A stretch of 64,000 nucleotides of DNA from Kondoa subrosea (lineage: Eukaryota), in the NCBI GenBank assembly GCA_039545335.1, contig BCIN01000001.1, positions 3,943,347 through 4,007,346 of the forward strand, written 5' to 3'. Made by a program: the position numbers and the translations under genes. The notes below the pieces were generated by a model, which saw only the letters and a list, made by a program, of their open reading frames with translations, was not told the DNA's origin and did no database searches. Positions 47,895-61,383 of the stretch are shown piece after piece. How positions within the stretch are numbered: position 1 is the first letter of the stretch; every line of letters starts with the position of its first letter.

Positions 47895-49643
47895 TTATGT
47901 CTCCAATGTCAGGTTTCCTTCTCTTGATACGGTAAAGATATGATCATTGATGACCCTCATGGCGAATCCTGCCGCGCAGTAATCGAAGTAATCTTTACTC
48001 GCCATCAGCTCTCAATATCACTTTCACCAAGCAATGCAAACTCACAGATCCATTTCCTCCTAAACACTTCCGCATCCGCTTTAGTCTTCAATTCAGGATA
48101 AGCTGATTTCAAAGCAGGTACGATTCTGGATTCATATCGCTCCACAAAACGTCTTTTCCATTCTCGTAAAGTAGGTGCGTAGTCTAAATTAGCATGTCAG
48201 CTCCAAAAACGATGATGAGAGAAGAAAATGAACGGACGAGGACCGATGTTGTCTAGCGCTTCCAGCACTAAAGTATTTTTGGACCCTTTGCTGATTGCGT
48301 TGGTAAGACAAGTGACTGAAGGTAGTACTCCGCCAGGGAAGATCTGCCATTATACTTATTAATGCCTTGACTGGGCGTGCAAATAAGTAAGACTTACATA
48401 TTTCCTGATGAAGTCAATCTCGCTGCCCCAACAGTATCAGATTAGTTCGCCATAAGGCGCGAATCGAAGGACATACTATTGATACCTCTCGAATCTTCTT
48501 TCAGGGATAGTAATGACTTGGAAAACGCCTACGCCAATATCGGGCTTCAAAGCGAAATCGACCATCTTGAAATAAGTTTCCAAGAATTCCAAGCCAACAG
48601 CTTCAATCATTTCAATGCTCACAACCCTATCGAAACTCTTCTCCCATTCTTTTGGCATGTTTCTATAATCCATCAAGTGTACAGTAATGGAATCAGTTAA
48701 ACCAGCAGCTTGAATCCTTTCTTCGGCTAATTTCTTTTGTTCGATTGATAAAGTCAAAGTATCGACCGTGCATCCTCTTGATTGAACAGCTTCAATTGCA
48801 AACGAGGCCCAACCAGAACCAATCTCTAGTACTTTATCGCCTTTCCGAATATTGGCTCTTTCTATAATGTGTTGAATTTTAGCATATTGAGCGTTTTCCA
48901 AGTCGTCTTCGGAACGCTTGACAGAGGAATTGTAGATCCCGCAAGAATAAGTCATATCCTTGGATAAGAAAGCTTGAAACATTTCGTTGGAGATATCGTA
49001 ATGCGCTGAGATGTTGGAAATTGAGTTTGAGATGGAATTAACGAATCGAGAGTTCATAAGGTATTGTAAGCCCGTGAAGATTCGAGATGTAGAAGTACCG
49101 AGTTCGGATAAGTGTTCTCTGTTGAGGATAAACATCTGTCGTAGCTTATTAGACTTGTCAATATTCCAGCATATTGAGAACCTACTTTGAAGACATTTTC
49201 TAGGTTATCGACCTCGATATCTTGAGCCATGTACGCTTCACTGAAGCCTGTCAAATCCGGTTTACAAATGAGCAACAATAATGCATGACATCGAAGCAGA
49301 ACTGACCCAAATCACACAAGACCAACATCCTAACCCAGAAAGCATCGTTAACGACTTTGATCTCAGCTTTCAGTTCCCCATCTTCTTTGACTCCAGGTAC
49401 ATGGCTACCAACTTTCGGGTTGCCAAACGTATAAATATCGCTCGTCGTCAACACTCTCAATTGACCGTATTGAATCTTTTCCATCAAAGCCACAATCGTA
49501 GTACGGGCGATAAGGACTAAAGGACCCCAGGAACGTCCTACTACAGCTTCTTTGGTTCCATGAAAAGCTCGATCGGCTAAAGAAACCAAGCCATTGGAAG
49601 ATTTATAATTGGGAGTCTTGAAGTAGCCCTCGCTGGTCGACAT
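47895..49643 (-). CDS. Cyclopropane-fatty-acyl-phospholipid synthase-like SAM methyltransferase
   Basis: GFSEAYM, NISAHYDISNEMF, MTYSCG, VLEIGSGW, MDYR, FDRVVSIEMIEAVG, DFIRKY-IFPGG, YYFDYCAAGF. Confidence 0.92.
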
Positions 49644-49881
49644 TGTGTGCTTAATAGGTAGAGAAGATATACTCCTGTTGAAGAAGGTATATGCAAGATC
49701 TTGAAGGTGGTTGGGGACAACGTAAAGCTGCTTACTTTCTCTAATTCAAGTCATCAGAGACATATTGCAGATCGCACAATGCCGAAAGATTCGTCACTTT
49801 GAGAACAGACCCTCTGCCCATCTAGTCTATACAGTATACACTTATACAAGGAGAATATTCTTCTGTGACGAAGAAGAAGCA

Positions 49882-52567
49882 TCAGAAACCCAAACTAGCT
49901 TTCGCTACTCTACTCATGATCCCTCTCGCAGCATTACTAGCCAAATTCGACGCCTCGTTCAAGCCTTGACTAGCCAAATTGGACGCTTCACTCAATCCGG
50001 CTTCTAAATGAGGTCGAGCGCTCTTCAATCCTGCTTCAAGTTGCGGTCTGGCATTCTTGGCATTGATATTCAGACTACCGATCTGTAAGTTAACGCCGCC
50101 CGCCGGGAGCGATAAAGGAGCTGTTGAAGAAGCTGCAGAGGTTGTAGGGCGTAGTGAGAGGGAAGAAGAAGTCATAGTGGCCGGGAATCGACTTGCTGCG
50201 TCCCGCAAGACGCCAAGGAATCTGTATCATCATTGATTATGCTATAGCACAGTAGATGACTGTTAGACTTACGCTTTGGAGTTGATGACGCCTGTTCCGC
50301 CTAGAAGCACACGAGCGGACACTGCATTCTGAGGTTGACCGTTTGCTTGCGATCCCTGAGCATTGATGAGGGCTACAGTGCGAGCTTCCTCAAACGTCGT
50401 GCCGCCAATCATGAAGACGATGATATCTTGCGGTCTGTCAACGAGCCTTTGTTTGAATCACTGGAGAGCGAAAGAAACAAAGATCACTGACCTCATTGTT
50501 GCGGTTTGGGGTAGGACGGTACTCTGACCCTCCAAGAAAGGATAGCTCGTCTCTTTGAGTTTTCCTCGCATGAGTAAATCAAGAGTCTGAGCTAGATGAG
50601 GTGTATGTTGTGTGTAGACGTTATCGACGCCCTGTAAGACTATGGTTCTGAGCTTTCTTTGCAAAGATGATCAAACAAGAGCTGACCTTCAAGCCTTTCA
50701 GAGCTGATTTACCTCGAGAGAAAAAGTTTTCGTTGAGGAAAAGATCATCCTGCCGTTGATCCACCCCGGCGAAGTTGAGCATGACATGGACGAGCTATCA
50801 CTCTCTTCTCAGCCTCAAATCATAGGTGCAATAATCGTCTCACAGCAGCATCCCCTTCCTGCACACCATTCTGAGTTAAAGAAGAGATAACGCTGTTAAT
50901 TGCGTTGCCTTGATATTTCTGATACCGCAGTGCATAGAGCATCGCTAAACGCAGCTTGCTTTCTGACGGTACATCAGACATAGCTATTAAGTCTTGTAGG
51001 CTCTGTGCAAGATCCCAGCAATGAAGCCAATTTAAGGGGCATTCAGCAGGGATCTACGCACCTTCAGATCAGCAGCATGATTCTCTTGCGTAGCTAAACT
51101 CTGTTCCAACTCGCTCACTTCCAACAATTTGTTCTTCTCTACCAACCGACTCAATTCACCTACAAGCGCAACGTGTTTGCTGACGTTTCCACCCAGTTTC
51201 CGAAATTCAGGGTAAGTTTCAATAAACCGTTTCATATCGGCTACGGTATCAATCTTTTTCATAGAGGAGGAAGTAGATTTGTTTTGATATTCCGATACAT
51301 AGGTTTTGACGTGCGCTCCGAGATCGCCGAAATTGTCATAGAGGGTTTTAGTGAAGAAAGGGTCTTGTTCAGGTGAGAGGACAATTTCCTGTGCGCGAAT
51401 GGAAAGCTCGCATAAGCTATAGGCTTATATAGAGCTGCACTCAACGGACCTTTAAATCGTCTGGTATATCAGGAGCGTTTGACAGATCGACTCGACCATT
51501 TGTGATGCCTATCAGCTCGTGTACCATAGCTTGATAAGTCCACTGCGAGAGTAGAGGCGTAACAGGATCGTTCCGCCTGTCTAGAATGAGGAGAATTGGA
51601 GGTGAGGCAGAAGGTCGGAAGTCAAAGAGTTGCGGTTCAGCCGAATATTGGTACTGCAATGTTCAATCAGCTCAACGAACTCTACTCTGAACAGATCAAA
51701 GCTACGAGAAGATCTTGCCCGAGCTTCTTGGCCATACTGCTCATTCGCTCATATCGTATTACGGGTCTCTTCTTGAGTGAAAGCAGAAGAGCTGTCAGAG
51801 CTTCGACATGTCGATCGAAGCTACCTGATAAAGGCGATAGATCCCATTGAGAAGGTACATCAGCGTATAAACGATGCCGCCTGAAAGTTCAATCAGCACG
51901 AGCAGCAAGATGAGGTTCCATGGCTTACCGTGCAGGCTCATATGGAGATAAAGGAGAAGGCAAGAGATTCAGAGAGAAATGCGAAGGAGTTATTGGTAGA
52001 TAGTCAGCGAAGAGTTCCTGCGAAGCAATGAAAGCCATCAAACACAATAGTGTTGGCGAACCCTTCAATGCTCACCTGTACTTCTTGAACCACTTCATGT
52101 TCATCTGCGTCAGCCAATCGTTCTATAGCTGATTTCTTGAGTACATTAGTGAAGACTGTCATGCGAACCAGATTTCAGTCCATCTCTCTTCGAATCCTAG
52201 TTGCTATTCCCAAGTCACGCACATAGCCAATATTCACCGTATCTAGGCTTCTCCAATTCCCTTTCCAAAGCCATCAAGCTCTCAGGCGAAGGTCTAAGTA
52301 GAGCAATGCATTTCAAGTAAGGCATCCGATCACGGCCTGCATTCTCTATTCGATCTGTTAAGTAGACCTGTTGAGCGAGAAGTTGAGAAGTGGTAGCCGC
52401 TAGGGAAACAGTAGGTGTCTGTTCTATCGCTTGGTCAATGTTTTGCCAAATGACAGTCTTATTCATGGACAGCGTACAGTCTCTGCATCTAGCAAGAGTA
52501 CTTTGATGCCAGGTGTAGCAGATGTGAGCTTATTGGTATAGTATTGGATTGCCTTGAGAGCATCCAT
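49882..52567 (-). CDS. VPS45: Sec1/Munc18 family protein Vps45
   Basis: [92 protein letters not shown]. Confidence 0.96.
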
Positions 52568-52702
52568 TGATACATTCGTCGTTTGAAGCAAGCGAGAGCG
52601 GGTCATAATATCATAAGTGAAGACGAGGTGAAGAAGGCAAGATGCGCGTTAGAAGCAGAGTATATGACAATACAAAGGTCCGCGAAACAGCTAAGGAAGA
52701 TC

Positions 52703-55700
52703 TTATGAGCCCTTTGCTTCCAGCTCACTATCCTCGTCCATGAGTTCTGATGTACGCAATTTCTTATCGGGATGACACAGTACAGGAGAAGTACTCACTC
52801 TTAGTAGTCTGCTTCTCGCTTTCTGATAGACCAGTCTCATCAGTAGCATTGGCAAGTAAGAATGAGCTGCTCGAGAAATCAGCTTAGCATTTGGCGTCGA
52901 TGCCTGAACATACTCGATGTCCTCCATAAGATTGCTGTACGACTGTCAGAATGACTTTAAAAGAATTCAAGGGAAAAACTTACTCGTCAACCAATCCTCC
53001 TGGCGAAGGTAGACCAATATCGAAATCATCCTCATCCTCCACAGCGGTATCAACTGCACGAAAAGAGAGGCTTGATAAAGTCGATAACGAGATATGTGAC
53101 TCCCTGACGTACTAGAAAACTGCTCTCTTTCAGGTAAAATGCTCGGCAATCGTTTGAGCGGCGGTGGTAATAACGAGCTGGAAGAAGTAGAGGCCGACAT
53201 CGCTGGCGAAGGAGGTCGCTCTGCAGATTTTGATGCTTGTTGCGGGACAGGTGAACTTGATACGCAGTGAGAGTGTGCAATGATATCGATTTGAATAACG
53301 GTACTCACTTTATTGCCGGTGAGCGCATCACCGGAGATTGTGAAACCAGAGGTGAAACATTACGAGGTGAGAAGAGTGATTCACGCGATTTGAGCTCGTT
53401 GCTACTTGCTAGAGCATCCGTTTTGCCTATTGAAGGTTTCTGCTCAATAGTTTGGATTTCAAGCGTTTGTCCAACTGCGTCTGCTAAGCGATTGAAACGT
53501 TCCTACAAAGATAATGAGTCACTTTCACGATGTGCAAGAGCCTACTCGCCTTATTTTCATCTGTGACAATCGCTTGGAAGAGACCGCCCAAGAATCCAGA
53601 CTTCAGAGGTGTTTCAACTACCACTACCTCAAGCTGCCAGGATCTAGTCAGATCAGTTTCGAAGAAGGCCTCCAGAAGCTCATCAGCCAAAACGACCATG
53701 CGGAAAGTTGCGAGCGAGAGGTAAGGTCTTCTTGGGTTTTCCGCTATTGAATTTGCTCGCGATCGAGTTGTAGCTATGGATGTAGGACTACCTGGAATTT
53801 GCGTTTCAGCGTCGGCACCGAGACTTTCTGCATATTCAAAGGCGTTTTGCAACAGCTGAGCTGGCATTAGCTTGTCGGATAGCGGCAGCAGAATAGCTCA
53901 CTCTGCTGACAGCTGCCAAGTATTGATCTCCTACTTCATTGCGGAAGATGAATAGAAGAGATTCGGAAAGTTGTAGGAATTCATCTTTCGTTAGGAAGCT
54001 ATCTTCGTCGTGATCATGCAAATTGAAGAACCAAGCAATATTTTCCAGCATATCGTTGAAGACAACTTGATTTAGGCCATCTGTCACGTCCTACATAGGT
54101 GTTAGTCTATCGAACACACAAACGGGAATTAACCTACCTGAAGTGAAAGTGCACCTTGCCGCGACTTATCCCACTCATAGAACAGACGATTTATGAGCTC
54201 GTGATCAGCACAACGTCGCACAGTGTGATTATGAAAAGCATTCTTGACTACATGTTCATCTCGAGCCCATGTAGCGATATCGGCGAGGAAGAAAGCGAAA
54301 GTAGAAGCATCGATCCGCACTTCTGGCCGATCGCTGGAATCGGTGAATCTCGCGCCCAGTAGCGCGGCGGCTGGAGTCGAGCCACTACTTGATCCCTCTT
54401 TGGCCTTGAGGATAGCTGTTTGATATGTATCATAGACAACTGAGACTTGGGGCTTGCTCAAACGACCAGGTTGGAGATTTCGGATTGCCGTTCTTTTGGC
54501 GAAAGCTTCTATCGAGTCAATGACTTCTGCTCTGAACCTTTTCCGTTCATTTGTCACTGTCTCTTCTGTTATGATACCGCCAAATTCTCGGAAGGCAACG
54601 ACCAGAAGCTCTTGGAAGCGTGTAACTGATTTAAGACGAGGATCAGTCGAATTTGGGTGCGCAGAGTCGCCCAACGATGCAAAGTAAGATTTCATAATGC
54701 TGTAAGATTCAAGAGCTTAGCAGCTGAATAGTCAGTGCCGGCCCTTCTCGCTCACTTGATGAACATGCCATCATCGGTTATCTGGAGCAATTCTTCACCA
54801 TTGATCTTGAGAATAGCCAGACTGCGCCGGATCAGTACTGCCCATTGCAATCTACACTACATCTTACCTGACTTGGAACAAGACTTTCGGACCCATCAAA
54901 CAGAAACAATCAACAATACTGTCGAGCACAAATGCAGATGAGCACTACGTAACTCATAGATCTGGGTTATAACTGACCGAAAAGCAAATATGAGGGGCAT
55001 AGAGCTAAGGAAGAGCGAAAGAAACCAAGGTAAACTAGCGACTGAAAGCTGAACATCGACTGAGGTGAAGTGCTCGTGTATGACGGGTAAGCATCGTTGG
55101 ACAAGATGCTCGAAGACCTTTTCTAATATGCACTTATATCAGCACACTTCTGCTTCCGACAACAAGACGAACGATCTAGCAGCGTGCCATACATCGTCTA
55201 ACAAATCATATTAGCTTGATAGCCTTTCTCTCGTGAAGTACGCACGGGAGAATAATAGCCTGGTAACAAGCGATCGCATAGCACGTTCAATAACCAGAAG
55301 CATTGTTCTTCGCTGGTATATCTGTATTAACGAACACTCCTTCAGCAAAGCACATTGCAAGAAGTCATCGAACATACATTAGCAAAGCCGCTACCACGAT
55401 ATTCATTGCTTGACAATATCCGAGATCCTTGGTGTAGTATTAACAAGCTTTATTGCCAAAGATTGCACACGCTTACAGGATTCTTCCAACTATACGCAGT
55501 AAGTACTCTTCTGAGCGTATTGATGCCTTCTTCCGTCTGATATGCTCCGTATTCAGGTAACGACCTGTTTAGATCTTTCTCAATCTCATCTGTACTCAAA
55601 GATCGCTGTCCAGCATGTTTCGATAGGATTTCTTCGTATTCGCCAGGGAATTGAGCGCGCAAATGGATTGATCCAGAAGTCAGTTCCCATATCTCGCCTC

Positions 55701-56704
55701 GCAGCCTGTTTGGCAAACCAACTTGTACTAGACGAGAGAACGGTGGATAGCGTATAGTAGTGAGATTGCGGCCATGAGCTAGCATGTTGTTCAGACTTGC
55801 ACTATGCCTTACGAGAAGTGATCTCACTTTCGAAGTATTCTTGCCAGAGCTTAAGCTTCGATTTCTCTTTCAGCCTACAGATGCCTGTCAGGTCAAGAAT
55901 CGTGGGATGTTGACGCGAATCCTCACTTCTTCGGATCACCAGGATATTTGAACAGCTGGCCCAGTCCTCCATGCCAACCTTCCTCTACTCCGCTAACGGT
56001 GGTAAATTCAGGCTGTTCGACTTTCTTCTCGGTCTTTTCTTCCAGATCAATGAGCGATAGGGTAGGTGTTTCAGCTTTCTTGTTCTCTCCATCTTCGGCA
56101 ACCAAGATCTCAGAGTAGAAAGTTCGTGATAAAGGTTTGAGCGATTTCATAGATGGCAAGGCGGCCTTGAGTTGTGTTCGAAGTTGAGCAGCGAACTAGT
56201 TCACGCATTAGTTCACAAGCGAAGATCAAATCTAATTGGACATGCTTGATCACAAGAAGGTCGCAGGCCATTCAGCTGCAGGATCTACAGCCAGCGTGGC
56301 TTCAGTAACTGTATCGCTTCTGTCGGTACGAATGAATGACACACGATCCTATTCCCTTCCCAGACTCCGATTGACAGCGCATAAACGCCGACACTGATCC
56401 TCTCAAGCGGACTGTTGCTGCCCGCTGATCCAGTTCCAAGCTTCTCGACTCTTCGTATAGCATACAGAGGTAAGGAAACGCGACAAGATCTCTTGTCCAT
56501 GGAAGCGAAGCACAGATGTCGCTGAGATAGGTAGACTTTGCCCGCATAGACTTCATCCTTGCCTCTCAGACCAAAGACAGCGTTGAGCTCGTTCAATGAG
56601 GATTCTCCATCTGGTAAGCCAAAGAAATCACGGAAGAGCGTTTGACGAGTAGGTTCGACGAAGTACAGCTCAGTCCGGGACTTCTTGAGTGAGGCAGCGG
56701 ACAT
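52703..56704 (-). CDS. MDR1: Rab GTPase-activating protein, GRAM + TBC + EF-hand (Gyp2/Mdr1-like)
   Basis: [83 protein letters not shown]-hand [26 protein letters not shown]. Confidence 0.9.
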
Positions 56705-56927
56705 CTTGTATAGGTCTTATGCAGCTTTGCCAGCGGGGCACAGTACGCGGTCGAGCCAAGGCTATTCGAGATGCGTTCAAGTTCCCAGTCTAGTAGCTTC
56801 CTTGAAGTAGTCAGCAATAATAGCTCGGGTATTCGAATCTAGGTATAGCAGTTGCAGTGATATCAAGCTCGCATTTCATTGATTGAAGCAGTCACGGTTT
56901 GGATCAAGAGGTCTATGACACCAGAGT

Positions 56928-57902
56928 TCAAGGGCCCTTCGTTGCACGATGTAGGTCTTTCCTCTCTTGCATTCTGTCACGCGGAGAATGAGCGAGTGAA
57001 GAAGCAGCGAAGAGAAGACCTACAACGCGCTTGACCAGTTCTGAACTTCTTCCGACTTGATCTTATCTGTGAGACCGAAATCAACTCGATCTTTTGCATT
57101 CAAAGGTGAAGAAATCACGCTGCGTAGACTTGAAGAACGGTTCCAGGTCAAAGTCTTGATCTCGTTCGTACTCTACACCTTGTAATCCCAATTCGAACAG
57201 ATCCAAATCCTTCACAAACTTGGATTCAGGTGTTTGCCTATCTGTATCAAGAATCAGCTTAAACAGGACCACCCTGACAGAAGATATACCTTCATACTCC
57301 CGCCAAAGCGATCGTATTCTTTGAGAAGCTTTCGAATCTGCGGGTAATAATTCCGTCAAGAAATGTTCCATAGCTTCCTATATACTTGGTAAATTCCTGC
57401 GAAAGTCATGACAAGTGATACTTACTATCTCTCTCCTTTCTTTCTCTTCATCGCTCACACCATCCAAAGGCGTTATATCACCAATTTGAGCTTCCGCGAC
57501 CTGAATTTCACATTAGTCGGATCATCGTATGAGTAGCATAGACACACTCACATCATGTACCAATGCTAACATGACACACTTCCCAATATCCAATCCATCA
57601 TGTTCGCTAAGCATAGCTAACATACCCATCCTGCTCAGTTCCTTCAGTCGAGAACTAGAAACTGAAGAAAGGTCATACCGATACATATGATCCGCTATAC
57701 TTTCAGCACCCTTGACTCCTTAGGTCTAGTGTCAGTGGAAAGCGAATAGAAAATGAAGGAGACGTACCTTCTCTCACCCAACCAGTGCGTTTGGTTTTCT
57801 GATGATACGAAGGACATAGGCAAATCGAACCGGAAAGAGTGAATGAGACAGAATTACCTTGAGCATCTCAAGTATATGCATAAAAGCGAGCTTGTCTGAC
57901 AT
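56928..57902 (-). CDS. YGK1: HD-domain 5'-deoxynucleotidase (HDDC2/Ygk1 family)
   Basis: KTKRTGWV, ESIADHMYRM, MLALVHD-AEAQIGDITP, LWREYE, ESKFVKDLDLFE. Confidence 0.9.
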
Positions 57903-58370
57903 CTTTTGTGAATGATCAAAATCAAAGCAAGAGAAAGCGAGAGAGGGTAGCGAAAGAAACAAGACTGAAGCTTAGACAAAGACAATCGCTGACTGATCCT
58001 CAGCAAAAGACACGCAAAGAAAATGCTTGATCAGGTCAAACGAATGATTCTCGTTTGATAACATTTGGGTCTCGGTTGCAATGAGCGCGAAGACCGCTGC
58101 AGATACATAAAAGAGAGCTCTTCTCTGATTCTAATCAATTACACGAAACTAATACACACAAGAGTATACTGTACACTAACACAAGACGAAAGAAGACATA
58201 TACTATCCACACCGTGTGTTTGCAAACTCTTGATATTCTCTTCCTTGACAACCCTTGGGGTATTCCTTTCATGGTCCAGGTATTCTCTTCCGCTTTCTTT
58301 ATCGCGTAATCAGACCTGTTCTTCACATCTGCCAAAGCCGTTTAATCCTCCATCCGAAATTCAAAACCCA

Positions 58371-59751
58371 TCACTTGACGAGACCCATTAACCTCTCTCT
58401 AGCACTAGAAGCTTTATCGCTCGTTTTCCTCATTGAACCCATTTTCCTAATATCTCCCTGAGCATGAAAACTAGTTTCCATTTGTTTGATCAAATCTTCT
58501 TCTTTTTTCGTTTGATCTCTTTTCAACAACAAAGTGGAAGAATCTCTTCTTTGATGATGATTTTTGGGGGAGGAAGGAGATGCGAAAGTTGGTGAGGAGG
58601 AAGAGATGTAAAGTGGTGAAGAAGTAGAAACGGTCGTCACTGAAGTAGATAGAGATTGCCAAGATTGTCTAGGTCTTTTATGGACTTTGATTGTAGCTTC
58701 TGTGAAATGGTTGAACTCGTCTGAAGATGGAGTGGTGGAAGGTGAATTTGTTAATGAAGGTGTGGAAGGTGTTGGAGAAGTCAGTGCAGAGAGCACGTCA
58801 GAAGCTCTTTTGGGTGAAGGAGTGGATTTAGCACCAAAGAGGGAAGAGTAGAGCCACGAGGAAGTAGAAGGTAGAGGTGGAGAAGCAGGTCCTCCATGTA
58901 TTGATTCCTGAGCGGTCTGGAAGCTTGTTGATGTGGCTGAAAGAGGTTCAGGCGGTAGAGAGGTCTTGACTGTCGTATATCGCTCATGACCGGTTGAAGA
59001 AGAGGCGATCGAAGCAGTACGTATAAGTTCGGGAGGCTGTATAGAAAGCGAAGGTTGAACGCTACTTCGTCTTTTCTGCCGAGATATCAACTCTGAAGGT
59101 GGTGATTGAGATACAGAGGGAGATGAAGACGGATGTAAGAAGGAATTGACATCATGTTCCAGATTGAAAGCTTCATCATTGACCAGATCTGATGATGCCG
59201 CTCGTTCTCTTAATTGTGTTTCTTGTTTGATGATAGTTCTGTATGTAAATAAGTGACTGCGAATGATCAAAAGCAGGTGAAACACACCTTTCCAAGATCT
59301 CATCAAGTGCATGAAACCGTCTCAGACTCTCCCTTGCTTCTATGAGCCCTCCCAGACATTCTCCACTTGTTCTAAGTAGCAATGCCGTTTGATTGACAAG
59401 CACATCCAGATCAGACTCAAAGGAGTCTTCTTGTATGTCATCCTCAGAAGTTGTGTCCGCTTCAATGAACCTTTCTGCTGACAAAGGCCGTACTCGTTTC
59501 AAGACAGGTGTAGATTGATCTGACAGGGAGCAGCAGTAGATGGAAGAAGGAGGAGTTCGACTGGACGACACATGATCTTGTTTGGGTGAGTTCGGATCGC
59601 TCTCATTCGCTTCATCGTAAGGTGGCAGAGAGGCCCTATGTGAGGCATACTCTGGCAAGAGATCTGAGGAAGATGCAGAACAGTGCGAATTCCTTTGTTT
59701 GGCTGAAGTTGCTTTTGCCTTGTAACGTCGAGGACTGGCAAGACCTTCCAT
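58371..59751 (-). CDS. Hypothetical Ser-rich protein with a short coiled coil
   Basis: Two long open frames joined by an intron near 59232-59286; LPEY/PPYDE motifs near N-terminus. Confidence 0.6.
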
Positions 59752-60950
59752 GCCTTGTGATTGTGTTGTGATGATCAATAGGGATATATCCACCTCTTCC
59801 AAATGGTATTGACTACTGCGACATTGCTGTTTATGGAAAAGAATCGTGTCCTTCGAATGGGCTTCAAACATGGCAAAAGGGAAAGGAGTAGATCTTCCCT
59901 TTACAAGTGCCTTGAGGCTATGTGCCCTATTCCTTTATCAAAGTCTGGCTCCTTTTGCTTCAATTTCTTCCGCTTGCCTTGTATGTTGTTGCGAGTTGAA
60001 TGCAATGTATCCGATTGTGTTGCAACGCTTTTGCTGCTGCGAAGAGTTTCTCTGTGTAGTAACATTTCAGTGTCCTCTCATTCCGTGAATCATGATCTTC
60101 AGACTTGTCCTCAGGATGTATCTGCTTCTGTCGGACTCGACTGACATGCTGTTTCGAAGAGGCGAACGGCCACCACTGCAAAATACAGTGATCTGTTCGC
60201 TATCATGTGTGGTTCATATGACCCTCTGCAGTGCTTGCTGATAGTCAAAGCGGGAGATATCAGAACAGCAAAAAATCGATTTGTTATCCAAAGAGGTATC
60301 GAATAAGCTGTAAGTTCTGCTCAAGCACGATAAATTAAATCGCTAATCATTCTCCGAATGCTACAGGAGTCTACGAATAACTCAGACATTCGCACAAGGT
60401 ATGACAGATCACGATTTTTCTCCCTGAAGGCGATTGCTCAAGCAACATCTTGCAAGGCGGCTCTCGAGATCATTATACGGAGGCCCTCTCTGTCAAATGC
60501 CACTTTCTCTCGATTTAGCAAGCTCCATTGGACTCAGAAACGCAGCCCGCAGCATTTCGTTGCAATCGAAGCAAATCGGCCAAGAATCACAGGATAGGAT
60601 GAATAACCATCGCCGAATTCAATGCGACCAGTCCTATGGCTAGAGAGCAAAGCAAAAGTGTGTGCATCGCGTCTCTTTTGGAAGCGCGGTTACGCGTGAT
60701 CGAAAATGGAAGGCATCTTCCAGCATGAGGCAAGCCTTGACTCTCGCAATTTTCGCTCTGCTCTCTCTCTTCAACGCACCACGACTTTCACTTTCTTCAC
60801 ACAAACTTTCACTTTCACAAGCTACACATTAACAAGTGAGTACATCTCTCAATCTGCCACTGAAACTCGCGCTGACCTGCCTCTGATAGATTACAATCAA
60901 AGTCCGTGCACCACCGTAGCAAGTCTTATCTCTTCTGATCTTGAACAGCA

Positions 60951-61383
60951 ATGGGACGTCAAAGCAACGCTTCTTCTACTTCTTCCAAAGGATCAAGCGA
61001 GAGTTTCTCGGTTGGCGTGAGCTTTACTCTATCGTCTTCCAGAACATTCCTGTATATGCTAACGCGTCGTATGTTGTATGATAACAGGATGTTGTTGAAT
61101 ACGTTCAAGGAAAGAACGTCAACGCTACTGGAACTATTGAAAAGATTGGCAAATCTAAGGATGAAAGTAAGTTCTTTGTTTCGATGACTTCTGAAAGACC
61201 TTACTGAATTCTGCTTCTTTTGTTTTGCTGCAACAGGTACTACTTACACTATCAAAGTATGTTGTTCTCGCGTGTCACTATGATGTACACGTCTGATAGT
61301 GGATTGCCTAGACCGCTTCAGAGAAGACTATCACTCGTCGTGCTTCCAAAGTCTTGAAGCTCGCTGATGAGGAAGAAGAGTAG
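60951..61383 (+). CDS. Second small Hva1/DUF2945-like protein, paralog of 40280-40599
   Basis: Spliced MGRQSNASSTSSKGSSESFSVG-DVVEYVQGKNVNATGTIEKIGKSKDE-STTYTIK-TASEKTITRRASKVLKLADEEEE*; three coding introns plus a likely 5'UTR intron near 60836-60889. Confidence 0.72.
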
